64,000 bases of DNA from Vulcanimicrobiaceae bacterium (GTDB taxonomy: Bacteria > Vulcanimicrobiota > Vulcanimicrobiia > Vulcanimicrobiales > Vulcanimicrobiaceae), in contig DASZHL010000030.1 in the NCBI GenBank assembly GCA_035937855.1, forward strand, positions 9,278 to 73,277. Reading direction: 5' to 3'. The position numbers and the translations under genes were made by a program. Positions 48,530-58,778 of the stretch are shown here, one piece after another. Numbering within the stretch: position 1 is the stretch's first letter; each line of letters begins with the position of its first letter. The notes beneath the pieces are model-generated. The model saw only the letters and a list, made by a program, of their open reading frames with translations, was not told the origin of the DNA and ran no database searches.

Positions 48530-49324
48530 ATGACTGGAGAAACACAAGCGCACGCAAGGAGTACGAGCCCTGCAGCGGTCGCGAACCGCGTAGTCGTCGT
48601 TACTGGTGGCAGCCGGGGAATTGGTGCGGCTGTCGCGGTGCGCGCCGCAGGCGAGGGCGCTCGCATCGTGCTGACGTACCGAGATGACGCGGATGCGGCG
48701 CAGCGTGTTGTGGATGCCATCGCCGATGCCGGTGGACAGGCCGTCGCGATCCGCGCCGATGCGGCAAACGAGCACGAAACCATAGCCGTTTTTGAAGAGG
48801 CCGCACGCCTTGGGGTGATTACGGGCGTCGTCATCAATGCAGGCATCACCGGCGGATTCCACCGCGTCGACGAGCTCGAGAGCAGCGTCTTGCGTGATGT
48901 CTTTGCGATTAACGTTCTTGGTGCGTTCGAGTGTGCGCGTGAGGCCGTGCGCCGGATGTCGACCAAACACGGCGGTCAGGGTGGCGCGATCGTGACGATC
49001 AGCTCACGTGCCGCACGCCTTGGGTCGCCTGGTGAATATGTCCACTACGCAGCTTCGAAGGCAGCGGTCGAAACGATGACGATTGGACTCGCGCGTGAGG
49101 TTGCCCGCGAGGGGATTCGCGTAAACGCAGTTGCCCCGGGCGTAATCGCGACGGACATCCATGCGCGCGGCGGCGACGCAGGGCGCTTGGAGCGTAAGGC
49201 CGCGACGACCCCAATGGGGCGCGTCGGCCAGGCCGACGAGGTCGCTGAGGCGGTCGTCTGGCTGCTCTCCGATGCGGCTTCCTACGTCACTGCTGCAATT
49301 CTTGACGTCGCCGGCGGACGCTAG
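48530..49324 (+). CDS. SDR-family oxidoreductase
   Basis: VVVVTGGSRGIGAAVA cofactor motif and YAASKAAVE catalytic YxxxK. Confidence 0.85.
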   Translation: MTGETQAHARSTSPAAVANRVVVVTGGSRGIGAAVAVRAAGEGARIVLTYRDDADAAQRVVDAIADAGGQAVAIRADAANEHETIAVFEEAARLGVITGVVINAGITGGFHRVDELESSVLRDVFAINVLGAFECAREAVRRMSTKHGGQGGAIVTISSRAARLGSPGEYVHYAASKAAVETMTIGLAREVAREGIRVNAVAPGVIATDIHARGGDAGRLERKAATTPMGRVGQADEVAEAVVWLLSDAASYVTAAILDVAGGR

Positions 49325-49431
49325 GAGAGTTTCTGAAAAATTCCTGCGCGCCGTGTATGCCTTTCCCTAAAAAATCAAGTCTTGACCCAACGATATCCAT
49401 TGAGTATAACGCAGATTGACAAAGAGATCGG

Positions 49432-49995
49432 CTAGTGGGTTCTTCGTGGCTTTTCGGTATTTATGAACGCCACGTTCATTTCCTTAAGGGTCTTCTGCAA
49501 TCCGGCGTCATTCTGAAGCTTCGCGTAATTTGGGGGCGGAGTAACGGGGCTGCCTGGAACTTTTGCTTGAATCGAGCTTGTCGTGATGTCTACGGTGATG
49601 CGGCTACCTGCGGGAAGTTGTTCGCGAGTTAAGCATACCGAAGTCTCCACGTCGAGAGGGGATTGTGCTCTTATTGGATACACGATCGCGGAAGCGGTGT
49701 TCGGCTCCCGCTTTAAATGAATGATCGGAGGGATATAAATATCAATGACAGCAATTGGGTTGAGAAAAGATCGCGGCACATTTCTATCCATAATGACGCC
49801 GTTACTAAGATCGTTGCGGAATTCGAGGTTGGGGTCCCGTGCCTCGAAGCTCGAACAGGGCGGCTTGGGTGGAGACGGACGGGCGAGTGTCGTCTCCGCC
49901 TGCGCGGCAGCGAAAGGGACGGAAAAAAGGCTGATCGCGGTCCCTATCGCGAGTGCGGTATGGGGCTTGGAAGAGTCGTTGCTCATATCACCCAC
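49432..49995 (-). CDS. hypothetical secreted protein
   Basis: Signal-peptide-like ALAIGTAISLFSVPFAAAQA. No recognisable domain. Confidence 0.5.
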   Translation of the reverse strand: MGDMSNDSSKPHTALAIGTAISLFSVPFAAAQAETTLARPSPPKPPCSSFEARDPNLEFRNDLSNGVIMDRNVPRSFLNPIAVIDIYIPPIIHLKREPNTASAIVYPIRAQSPLDVETSVCLTREQLPAGSRITVDITTSSIQAKVPGSPVTPPPNYAKLQNDAGLQKTLKEMNVAFINTEKPRRTH

Positions 49996-50031
49996 ATGAT
50001 ACGGGAAGACGCCCCTTTCTCAATAGAGGCG

Positions 50032-50135
50032 GTCTGTGGGCCTTTGGTAGACTCCTCCGCACCGGCATGGCTCCTTGCTTTCGGGGTCGAACGATAGCCT
50101 TGTGAATCTTCTCGATCGGCTTGAAACGACTTTGC
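50032..50135 (+). repeat. direct repeat A: copy of murA promoter region + first ~11 codons
   Basis: 51 nt and 39 nt are identical to 52787-52837 and 52852-52890, separated by a 14-nt diverged block. Confidence 0.95.
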
Positions 50136-50331
50136 TCGATCAATCTAGGCGTGGTTTTGATGCGGAAAAATAGCACGAGGGCGTGGCGCGAGCTGATAAA
50201 ATGGTTGAATTGCATCCCTGCTACTTCTGCGAATTCGGATACCTTCTTCTTCGCCGACAAGGTGAATTTTGGCGTCGGTTGGTTTAGCGTAGTAGTTCCC
50301 GTGTACTTTCCATCGCGCACGATTGTTTTGG

Positions 50332-50802
50332 TCAGAATTCATCATCCTCGACCTCTGGAAGATTGCCGGCTTGGAGTTGCTGGATCGTCTCCTCAAGCAA
50401 TGCTTGGGCATCGTGATCGCCCGCTTTCAATGAGGCAATAGCCGCCCGCTCGTAGGGGTCATCGCCGGAACCCTCCTTGCGTGGGCCAATCTCCAAAACG
50501 TGCACGACGACGACGCTTCCTTCCAGCTTGGCGGTCGCGATGAAGTGGGGCGCGAGGGCCTTGGAGATAGCCCGCAACCGGCCGTATGTCACCCGGTGAT
50601 AGCCCTTGAGTTCGCCAATCAGCGGCTTGCCGATGCTTGGGTTCGCGCCGAACTCGCGGAGTTTTCGGCGCATTCCATCCTGGACTTTTGAAGGAAGCCG
50701 GTCGAACGCGGTCCGTGCATCGGGGGAGAAACCAATGCGGACAAGCACCTGCTTGGGAAGGGCAGTCGGGGGCATTTCTTGCTTCCGTAGCTTCGGTTTC
50801 AC
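50332..50802 (-). CDS. RelE/ParE-superfamily toxin-like protein with ~45-aa acidic C-terminal extension
   Basis: FSPDARTAFDRLPSKVQDGMRRKLREFGANPSIGKPLIGELKGYHRVTYGRLRAI...VVVVHVLEIGPRKE follows the ParE/RelE layout. The tail ...LLEETIQQLQAGNLPEVEDDEF is extra. Confidence 0.55.
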   Translation of the reverse strand: MKPKLRKQEMPPTALPKQVLVRIGFSPDARTAFDRLPSKVQDGMRRKLREFGANPSIGKPLIGELKGYHRVTYGRLRAISKALAPHFIATAKLEGSVVVVHVLEIGPRKEGSGDDPYERAAIASLKAGDHDAQALLEETIQQLQAGNLPEVEDDEF

Positions 50803-50973
50803 TCCCGTGGAGGATAGCGAAAGGTGAGGGTTTTGTCAAATTTACCGTACGAAATTATGCACAGAAATTTGCTATTTCCCCCCATTGGGTGCTAGTATGG
50901 GTGTACGGCGTATATCCATACTCGTAGTATGACCCCTGCATGCAAGATTCGAGGGGGGAACCTTAGGAAGGCT

Positions 50974-51258
50974 ATGATGATGACTCGCACGGTTGCAGCG
51001 GCTGTAGCCCGGGACAATTTGACCGATATCCTTGACGATGCCGAGCAGGGGCGGGCGACGCTGATTTTGCGCCATTCCCGGCCAAGCGCTGCGGTGGTTC
51101 CCGTAGTGGATTTTGAGGCGTACAAGCTCTTTCGCCGGGTAATGCGAGAAGTTGGGGAGACGCTTATTGTGTCTCGTGATCCAGACGTCATCGCCGCTGT
51201 CCGCTCATCCCAGGAAGCCATCAATCGCGGAGAGATCATTTGGGACGACGAGGCGTGA
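50974..51258 (+). CDS. Phd/YefM-family type II antitoxin
   Basis: VAAAVARDNLTDILDDAEQGRATLILRHSRPSAAVVPVVDFE. AGGAAGG RBS before the ATGATGATG start region. Confidence 0.75.
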   Translation: MMMTRTVAAAVARDNLTDILDDAEQGRATLILRHSRPSAAVVPVVDFEAYKLFRRVMREVGETLIVSRDPDVIAAVRSSQEAINRGEIIWDDEA

Positions 51259-51302
51259 TGGAGCGCTGCTGTTTCGCGTGTGATTTTTTCTTCAGGCGTT
51301 AG
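51258..51302 (+). pseudogene. 14-codon stub where the Phd-partner toxin gene would be
   Basis: The ATG overlaps the Phd stop (TGATG coupling), as TA toxin genes typically do, but the frame stops after MERCCFACDFFFRR. Confidence 0.25.
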
Positions 51303-51371
51303 TTTCGTCGGATTGCGTGGGAACGATTGTTCCCAGCGCCGGGCAACGTCGATTCTGCGGCATTCCCAGCG

Positions 51372-52358
<987 letters not shown>

Positions 52359-52716
52359 AGCTCTCTCCTTGCTTGGTCCGGGAATCATGGCTACTTTTGG
52401 GATGCAACAATGCCCTTCCTAAGTAACGCCGATGCATCCTGCTCCGGACCGTTTCACCTTGGCTCGGCACGCAACGTCAGAATTGCCTTTGCGAGACGAT
52501 TAGGGCGAGTAGCCGCCGCCGCGCAGTCGATCTCGGCGCGAGTATACCCACAATCCTTAGGAAACCAGGTTCCCCTCCGTCTCTGCGGTCATGTGAGTGC
52601 ACGAAGCCGGTGTGAATGGTTGCGCCGTGAGCACGGTAATTGCGAGGCGGGCCTTCACCCCTCGATCTGGGGCGTTCGGGAGGTGGAGGATGACGGGGTG
52701 GTCTGAGGTGTCCCGA

Positions 52717-52795
52717 TCAGTATTCGTCACCTTCGACCTCCATTAGATTTCCGGCGTGTAATTGCTGGATCGTCTTCTTGAGCAATGTCTGTGGG
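52717..52795 (-). pseudogene. 3'-terminal remnant of a second RelE/ParE-like gene (tail only)
   Basis: The minus strand reads LLKKTIQQLHAGNLMEVEGDEY*, compared with LLEETIQQLQAGNLPEVEDDEF* at 50332. About 78% nt identity over ~80 nt. The body is replaced by the murA upstream region. Confidence 0.5.
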
Positions 52796-52890
52796 CCTTT
52801 GGTAGACTCCTCCGCACCGGCATGGCTCCTTGCTTTCCGCGGCGAATTGGGGCCTTGTGAATCTTCTCGATCGGCTTGAAACGACTTTGC
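52787..52890 (+). repeat. direct repeat B: authentic murA promoter region + first codons
   Basis: See repeat A. Confidence 0.95.
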
Positions 52891-54206
52891 GCGTGCGCGG
52901 CGGCTCCGTGCTGTCCGGATCGGTCGAAGTTCACGGCGCGAAAAACGCGGCGCTCCCGATCATGGCCGCTTGTTTGCTGGCCTCGGGGCCGGTGACGCTG
53001 CACCGCATTCCGCGCATCACCGACGTCTCGGTGATGTGGTCGCTCCTCGAAGCCTTGGGCGCGCGCATGCGCTTGGAAGGTAAGGGGACGATCACGATCG
53101 ACACCTCCTCGGTTTCCTCGGTTCGCGCACCCTACACGCTCGTGCGGAAGTTGGCGGCTAGCTTCGACGTCGTGGGACCGTTGCTCGGACGCTTCGGCCG
53201 TGCGGAGGTCCCGCTGCCGGGAGGTTGCGTCCTGGGGACGCGGGCGACCGATCTTCACGAGCTGGCCTTCCGCCGACTCGGAGCCGAGGTCACGACTGAG
53301 CGGGGGTTCCTCGTTGCGAAAACGCGCGGGACCTCCTTGGTCGGAGCCCGCATCGAGTTTCGAACTCCGAGCATCGGCGCAACGAAGAACGCGATGTTGG
53401 CCTCGGTCCTGGCCGAGGGGGAAACACAGATCGTCAACGCCGCGATGGAGCCCGAGGTTATCGATCTCGCGAATTTCCTCAACAAGATGGGCGCACGCGT
53501 GAGCGGTCACGGAACCGACGTGATCACTATCGAGGGTGTCCGCGAGCTGCACGGCGTCGAGTACGAGATCATTCCCGATCGGATCGTGGCCGGAACGCTG
53601 CTCCTTTGCGGCGCCGCCACGCGCGGAGACGTCACGGTGACGCGTTGCGCACCGGGTCATCTCGCTGCGTTGACCGGCAAGCTCGGTGAATGCGGCGTCG
53701 TCGTCACGACCGGATCCGACTGGGTTCGCGCGCAAGCCGACGGCGTGACCGGCGGCACCGACATTTTGACCGCGCCGTTTCCGGGTTTTCCGACGGATTT
53801 GCAACCGCCGGTGCTAGCGTTCTTATGCACGGTGCCCGGCACCAGCGTCGTCGAAGAGACAATCTTCAACGCCCGTTTCTCCTACGTAAACGAGTTGGCG
53901 CGTATGGGAGCGGACGTTCGTGTGGCCATCGACAATAATACCGCTCTTATCAAGGGCGGGACGCCGCTCTCCGGTGCGCCGGTCGAGGCTCCGGATATTC
54001 GTGCGGGGGCAGCGCTTGTTGTCGCAGGTCTCGCGGCGCACGGCGAAACGGATATCATCGGTTTGGAATATATCGATCGCGGTTACGAGCGGCTTGAAGA
54101 AATGTTGTCGGTCCTTGGAGGGCAGGTTCATCGTAGTAGCGGCGTCACACCGTTGATGGAGCCGGTGGGAACCTTCGAGACGACCGAGTTTCCCAAGGTC
54201 GGCTGA
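52830..54206 (+). CDS. murA: UDP-N-acetylglucosamine 1-carboxyvinyltransferase (canonical copy)
   Basis: LRVRGGSVLSGSVEVHGAKNAALP, LPGGCVLGTRATDLH (Cys115 equivalent), FPGFPTDLQ and DIRAGAALVVAGL. The start is TTG at 52830 or GTG at 52857. Confidence 0.92.
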   Translation: MLSAANWGLVNLLDRLETTLRVRGGSVLSGSVEVHGAKNAALPIMAACLLASGPVTLHRIPRITDVSVMWSLLEALGARMRLEGKGTITIDTSSVSSVRAPYTLVRKLAASFDVVGPLLGRFGRAEVPLPGGCVLGTRATDLHELAFRRLGAEVTTERGFLVAKTRGTSLVGARIEFRTPSIGATKNAMLASVLAEGETQIVNAAMEPEVIDLANFLNKMGARVSGHGTDVITIEGVRELHGVEYEIIPDRIVAGTLLLCGAATRGDVTVTRCAPGHLAALTGKLGECGVVVTTGSDWVRAQADGVTGGTDILTAPFPGFPTDLQPPVLAFLCTVPGTSVVEETIFNARFSYVNELARMGADVRVAIDNNTALIKGGTPLSGAPVEAPDIRAGAALVVAGLAAHGETDIIGLEYIDRGYERLEEMLSVLGGQVHRSSGVTPLMEPVGTFETTEFPKVG

Positions 54207-54255
54207 TTATGAGCGTACGAGAATTTCAGATTCGGCAAACTCCAAGAGAAGTCTG

Positions 54256-54912
54256 ATGCGAAAACTCGATGCTCGTCGTATGCAGACGAACCTGCTCCTC
54301 GAGGAGGTGCGGCATACGATCATCGGAGGCGGCACCCTGATCTTCCCGACGGAGACGGTCTACGGAATTGGTTGCGACCCGATGCGGGCCGATGCGATTG
54401 ACCGAATCTTTGCAAGCAAAGGTCGCCCGCGCGGCAAGCCGCTCGCCTTGCACCTCGCCACTCCCGATGAGGCGCTTGAGTACATCGCTGAGAATCCCAG
54501 CGCCGTTCGAGCCGTACACCGCTTCTTGCCCGGTCCGCTCGCGGTCATTGTGGCTCGTCCGGGGTTCGTGAATCCGGCACTTACGGCCGGCTTGCCTTCG
54601 CTCTCGCTCCGCGTTCCCAATCACTCCTTGTGCCGTGAGATCTTGGATTGCTGCGGGCCTCTGGCCGCGACGAGCGCCAATCGGAGCGGAGAACCTGCGT
54701 TCGTCGGCGGCAAGAAGGGCGTCCTGCCGCAAGCCGATCTCTTCATCGACTCTGGAGCGGCGCTGTTGGGCATCGCCTCGACGGTCGTCGATTTCACGAC
54801 CTCTCCGCCGAAACTCGTGCGTGAGGGAGCGATCACGCGAGAGATTTTAGAGGCGGAACTCGGTCCGCTCGCAGTTTCCATCCGAGCAGTGTCGAACGAG
54901 GGGCAGGTATGA
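54256..54912 (+). CDS. tsaC: L-threonylcarbamoyladenylate synthase (YrdC/Sua5/TsaC family)
   Basis: GGTLIFPTETVYGIGCDP..A...IF..KGRP..KPL and SLRVPNH...TSANRSG. Confidence 0.85.
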   Translation: MRKLDARRMQTNLLLEEVRHTIIGGGTLIFPTETVYGIGCDPMRADAIDRIFASKGRPRGKPLALHLATPDEALEYIAENPSAVRAVHRFLPGPLAVIVARPGFVNPALTAGLPSLSLRVPNHSLCREILDCCGPLAATSANRSGEPAFVGGKKGVLPQADLFIDSGAALLGIASTVVDFTTSPPKLVREGAITREILEAELGPLAVSIRAVSNEGQV

Positions 54913-55937
54913 AGGTCTTCCGTATTCTCGCATTCCTGCTTCCTGTGTTTTTCGCGCAGGGTGGTTTCGCTGTGGCGGCTCCGCCCGTTCCCTCCAATCC
55001 AGCCGGGGCGACCGCTGATTTTGGCGGCTTCCAGCTTCAAGTGCAAGCCATCGATTACAACGACAAAACCGGGAATTTCACGATAGCCGACCATTTCACG
55101 GGAACCCGCGAAGGGACCGAAATCAGCGGCGATCATGCGAAGGGGAATTCGCGTACGAAAATGATGGAAGTCTTCGGGCACGTCGTCGTTCATCAGACGG
55201 CGCCGCTCGAACCTCGGACAGAGCTTTCGTCGGTGGGCAAGGAGCCCGCGACGTTGACCTGCGATCGTTTAACGATTGACGGAAACCAAAAGCTCTATAC
55301 CGCCATCGGCGACGTGCACTATCTGCAAGGAACGCAGGGCGCCTCAGCTGAGCGCGGTTCTCTGAACCAAACGACGCACATCATGCACATGGAGGGTCAT
55401 GTGCATATGCAGAACGGCGACCAATCGATCGATGCGGATAGCGTTGATTATAATACGCAGACGGGTCAAGGTCATGCCGGCGGGCACGTCTCTGTTCATC
55501 AGACGGCGTCGCTCGAATCTGAAGGTGCGCCGCCTACGATCGGCAACGAGCCTGTATTGGTGACGTGCGATCGTTTAACGATTGACGAAAGGAAGAGCCT
55601 CTATACCGCAGACGGTAACGTGCACTATTCCCAGGGAACGCGCAACGCGGTCGCTGAGCTAGGTACGCTCAATGAGGCCACGCACATGGTTCACATGGAG
55701 CGACACGTGCACATGCAGGATGTCGACCAATCCATCGACGCTGATAGCGTCGATTATTATTTAAAGACGGGTGAGGGTCATGCCGTAGGTAATATCATTC
55801 TTCGAGGACCCGCCCAAACGGGCGTATCCGAGGCCGCGACACCTGCACCCCCATCGAAAAAAAAGAAAAAGGCCGCTCCGCCGCCCTCAGCTGATGCATC
55901 GCCGCCGCCCTCACCGGAGGCGTCTCCGCCGACATGA
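54909..55937 (+). CDS. secreted OstA/LptA-like beta-jellyroll protein with internal duplication and Pro/Lys-rich tail
   Basis: Signal peptide FRILAFLLPVFFAQGGFA. Repeated pattern ..CDRLTID....LYTA.G.VHY.QGT......G.LN..TH..HME.HVHMQ...QSIDADSVDY resembles OstA_N units. The tail is PAPPSKKKKKAAPPPSADASPPPSPEASPP. Confidence 0.55.
   Translation: MKVFRILAFLLPVFFAQGGFAVAAPPVPSNPAGATADFGGFQLQVQAIDYNDKTGNFTIADHFTGTREGTEISGDHAKGNSRTKMMEVFGHVVVHQTAPLEPRTELSSVGKEPATLTCDRLTIDGNQKLYTAIGDVHYLQGTQGASAERGSLNQTTHIMHMEGHVHMQNGDQSIDADSVDYNTQTGQGHAGGHVSVHQTASLESEGAPPTIGNEPVLVTCDRLTIDERKSLYTADGNVHYSQGTRNAVAELGTLNEATHMVHMERHVHMQDVDQSIDADSVDYYLKTGEGHAVGNIILRGPAQTGVSEAATPAPPSKKKKKAAPPPSADASPPPSPEASPPT
55191..55802 (+). 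repeat. tandem ~306-bp intragenic duplication (2 units, ~75% identical)
   Basis: catcagacggcg.cgctcgaa...tgcgatcgtttaacgattgac... recurs at 55191 and 55497. Confidence 0.85.
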
Positions 55938-57214
55938 AGAGCGGGCGCGACGTCGAGCCGGGGCTTTTCAGCGGGAATGCGCCCGAACCCCTTGCGGCTC
56001 GGATGAGGCCGCGCACGCTCGACGAATTCGTGGGGCAAGCGCATCTCGTTGGTGAAGGTCGCGCTTTGCGGCGTGCGATCGAGCGCGATGCGGTCCCCTC
56101 GATGATCTTATGGGGTCCGCCGGGTACCGGAAAGACGACGCTTGCCGATATCATCGCTCGCACCGCACGAGCGCGTTTCGTTCCGCTTTCGGCAGTGAGC
56201 GCCGGTGTCGCCGATCTGCGCGCGGTCGTTGCCGACGCCAAGAGCGCCCGCGTGATCGGAAACCGGACGCTGCTCTTCATCGACGAAATTCATCGCTTCA
56301 ACAAGACGCAGCAAGATGCGATCTTGCCGTATGTTGAAGACGGAACCATCACCTTTATTGGCGCGACGACCGAGAATCCGTCGTTTGAGGTGAATCCCGC
56401 GTTGCTTTCACGAGCGCGCGTTTTCGTGTTATATGCTTTGAGCGATGAAGAAATTACATCGCTCGTGCAACGTGCGCTCGATGACCGTGAACGGGGTTTG
56501 GGCGGACGCGGAATTGAGATCGATGCTCCCGCGCGGGATGCGATCGTACGACTTTCCGGCGGCGACGCGCGAGTGGCATTGGCAACGTTGGAATATGCTG
56601 CGGAAATCGTCGAACCCGATGCACACGGAGTGCACCGCATCGACGAAGCGATCGTGGCCGATGCCATGCAGCGCCGTGCGATCGCCTATGATAAATCGGG
56701 CGACGGACACTATGATGTCGTCAGCGCGTTCATAAAATCGATTCGTGGGAGCGATCCGGATGCGGCCTTGTACTGGCTGGCGCGCATGATCGATGCCGGT
56801 GAGGATCCACTCTTCATCGCACGGAGACTCGTGATCGCGGCGTCCGAGGATATTGGAATGGCGAATTCCGGCGCTCTGGGGGTCGCGGTCGCGGCCCAGC
56901 AAGCCTTGCATTTCGTCGGCATGCCCGAGGGGCATTATCCGCTCGCTCACGCGACGATCTACCTTGCCACGGCAGAAAAAAGCAACGACGTGAAAACCGC
57001 CTACGAAGCGGCAATGCACGATGTCGAAACGACGCGTAACGAACCGGCCCCGCTCCATTTACGCAATGCGCCGACGGCGTTGATGCGAAACCTCGGTTTT
57101 GGAAAAGACTATAAATACGCGCACGACGACTATGCGCGCGACGCTCCCCATGTGCAAGAATATCGCCCGGCGAACGTTGCGAAAAACCGCTATTACAAAC
57201 CGCGCTCCAAATGA
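55934..57214 (+). CDS. rarA: replication-associated recombination protein A (AAA+ ATPase)
   Basis: GPPGTGKTT, LFIDEIHRFNK, GATTENPSFE and YDKSGD.HYD..SAFIKS.RGSDPDAALYWLARM. Confidence 0.9.
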   Translation: MKSGRDVEPGLFSGNAPEPLAARMRPRTLDEFVGQAHLVGEGRALRRAIERDAVPSMILWGPPGTGKTTLADIIARTARARFVPLSAVSAGVADLRAVVADAKSARVIGNRTLLFIDEIHRFNKTQQDAILPYVEDGTITFIGATTENPSFEVNPALLSRARVFVLYALSDEEITSLVQRALDDRERGLGGRGIEIDAPARDAIVRLSGGDARVALATLEYAAEIVEPDAHGVHRIDEAIVADAMQRRAIAYDKSGDGHYDVVSAFIKSIRGSDPDAALYWLARMIDAGEDPLFIARRLVIAASEDIGMANSGALGVAVAAQQALHFVGMPEGHYPLAHATIYLATAEKSNDVKTAYEAAMHDVETTRNEPAPLHLRNAPTALMRNLGFGKDYKYAHDDYARDAPHVQEYRPANVAKNRYYKPRSK

Positions 57215-58359
57215 ATCGCATCTATCTCGATCATGCCGCGACGACGCCGCTTCGACCGGAAGTTCTTGAGGTTATGATCGCGCAACTCGCCGTCACCGGC
57301 AATCCCAGTTCCTTGCACGCCGAAGGGCGTCGCGCGCGAAGCGTGGTGGATGGTGCGCGTGCGAGCATTGCGCGTTTGCTCGGTGCACGTGCGCGTGAGA
57401 TCGTTTTCACGGGCGGAGGCACCGAGGCTGACAACCTCGCGATCTTCGGCGTCGCTCGCTCCTTTCGAAGCGGAGAGCGCCATGCGATCACCCTGGCGAC
57501 GGAGCATCATGCGATTCTGCATGCCTTCGAGGTTTTGCGCGACGAGGGTTGGGACGTCAGTATTCTCCCCGTTGATGCCGAGGGGCGTATTGATACGGCG
57601 GAATTCGCGCGGATGCTCCGTCCGACGACTCGACTCGCGTCGGCGGCTTTGGTGAACAATGAACTCGGCGTCATTGCGCCGATTGCCGACTTGGCGGCGA
57701 TCGCGCATGAGCATGGAGTGCTCTTCCATACCGACGCCGTTCAGGCGGCGGCGTTCTTGCCGCTGAATGTGCGGGATTTGGGAGTCGATCTGCTTACGTT
57801 CTCGGCGCATAAGCTGGGAGGACCTCAAGGAGTCGGCCTCCTCTTCGTTCGTGACGGCGTCACCCTCGTTCCGCAGATCGTGGGGGGAGGGCAAGAAGCT
57901 GTTCGCCGAGCCGGTACCGAAAACGTCGCCGGAATCGTTGGGCTGGCGCGGGCCTTCGAACTCGCGTGCGACGAACGGGTGGAAGCTGCAATGCGCTTGG
58001 CGGGTTTACGCGAGCGATTCGAGGGGAAACTGCTAGCGATGCTGGCCGGAGCTCGCGTAAACGGAGAGGCTGCATTTCGTGCGCCGCACATCGCGAATAT
58101 CGCGCTGGGAGATCTTGATGCCCAGGCTTTGCTTGCGCATCTGGACTTGGAGGGCGTCGCGGTCTCTCTTGGGAGTGCTTGCGCTGCCGGAGCGCTTGAA
58201 CCAAGTCATGTCCTACGCGCAATGGGTGCGCCGACCTGGGTTCTTCAAGGAAGCGTTCGCTTTTCGTTCGGCCGTCGCACGAGCGACGAGGAGGTCGACG
58301 GCGTTCTCAAGCGTGTGGCGAAGGTCGTTGCCGCTGTCTGTGAAAAGGAGGAGAGATGA
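57211..58359 (+). CDS. cysteine desulfurase (NifS/IscS class V aminotransferase)
   Basis: IYLDHAATTP, FTGGGTEADN, FSAHKLGGPQGVG (PLP Lys) and GSACAAG (active Cys). Confidence 0.9.
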   Translation: MNRIYLDHAATTPLRPEVLEVMIAQLAVTGNPSSLHAEGRRARSVVDGARASIARLLGARAREIVFTGGGTEADNLAIFGVARSFRSGERHAITLATEHHAILHAFEVLRDEGWDVSILPVDAEGRIDTAEFARMLRPTTRLASAALVNNELGVIAPIADLAAIAHEHGVLFHTDAVQAAAFLPLNVRDLGVDLLTFSAHKLGGPQGVGLLFVRDGVTLVPQIVGGGQEAVRRAGTENVAGIVGLARAFELACDERVEAAMRLAGLRERFEGKLLAMLAGARVNGEAAFRAPHIANIALGDLDAQALLAHLDLEGVAVSLGSACAAGALEPSHVLRAMGAPTWVLQGSVRFSFGRRTSDEEVDGVLKRVAKVVAAVCEKEER

Positions 58360-58778
58360 CGTTTGATTGGTCTATTGTGCTCGATGTCGGCGTCGGCCTC
58401 GGCGTTCTTCTGATAGGAGTCGGTGTTCTTTTCGCCTGCATACGCTTGGCGAGCCTTCTCCATCGCTTGTTGGCGACGTTAGACGAGGTAGACCGGCAGC
58501 TAGGCTCGCTCGGTCCACCGCTCGCCCACACACTTGCGCACGTCGGGGAAATCGCCGATACTGCAGATGTCACGCTCGGGAGGCTCGGCGGCATCGCCGG
58601 GAATCTCGAGTCCATCACGGGACAACTCGTGAAGACCTCATCTATTGCACAGGAAGCACTCGCTCCGTCGCTTGTCAACATCGGAGCGACATTAAGCGGA
58701 GTGACTGCGGCTGTGCGGCGGCTTACGCAAGGGAAGACCGGAGGTTCGAAAGATGACGGACGAAAAACCGAACGGTAA
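58356..58778 (+). CDS. DUF948-like membrane-anchored protein
   Basis: N-terminal TM helix plus a helical region (LLATLDEVDRQLGSL...). Stress-operon context. Confidence 0.6.
   Translation: MTFDWSIVLDVGVGLGVLLIGVGVLFACIRLASLLHRLLATLDEVDRQLGSLGPPLAHTLAHVGEIADTADVTLGRLGGIAGNLESITGQLVKTSSIAQEALAPSLVNIGATLSGVTAAVRRLTQGKTGGSKDDGRKTER

Noticed and set aside
49382-49410. Sigma70-like promoter (TTGACC-17 nt-TATAAC) on the plus strand in the convergent gap between the SDR gene and the 49432..49995 gene
   Set aside because: It has no downstream plus-strand gene and would only give antisense transcription. A single hexamer pair in AT-richer intergenic DNA is weak evidence. Noted but not called.
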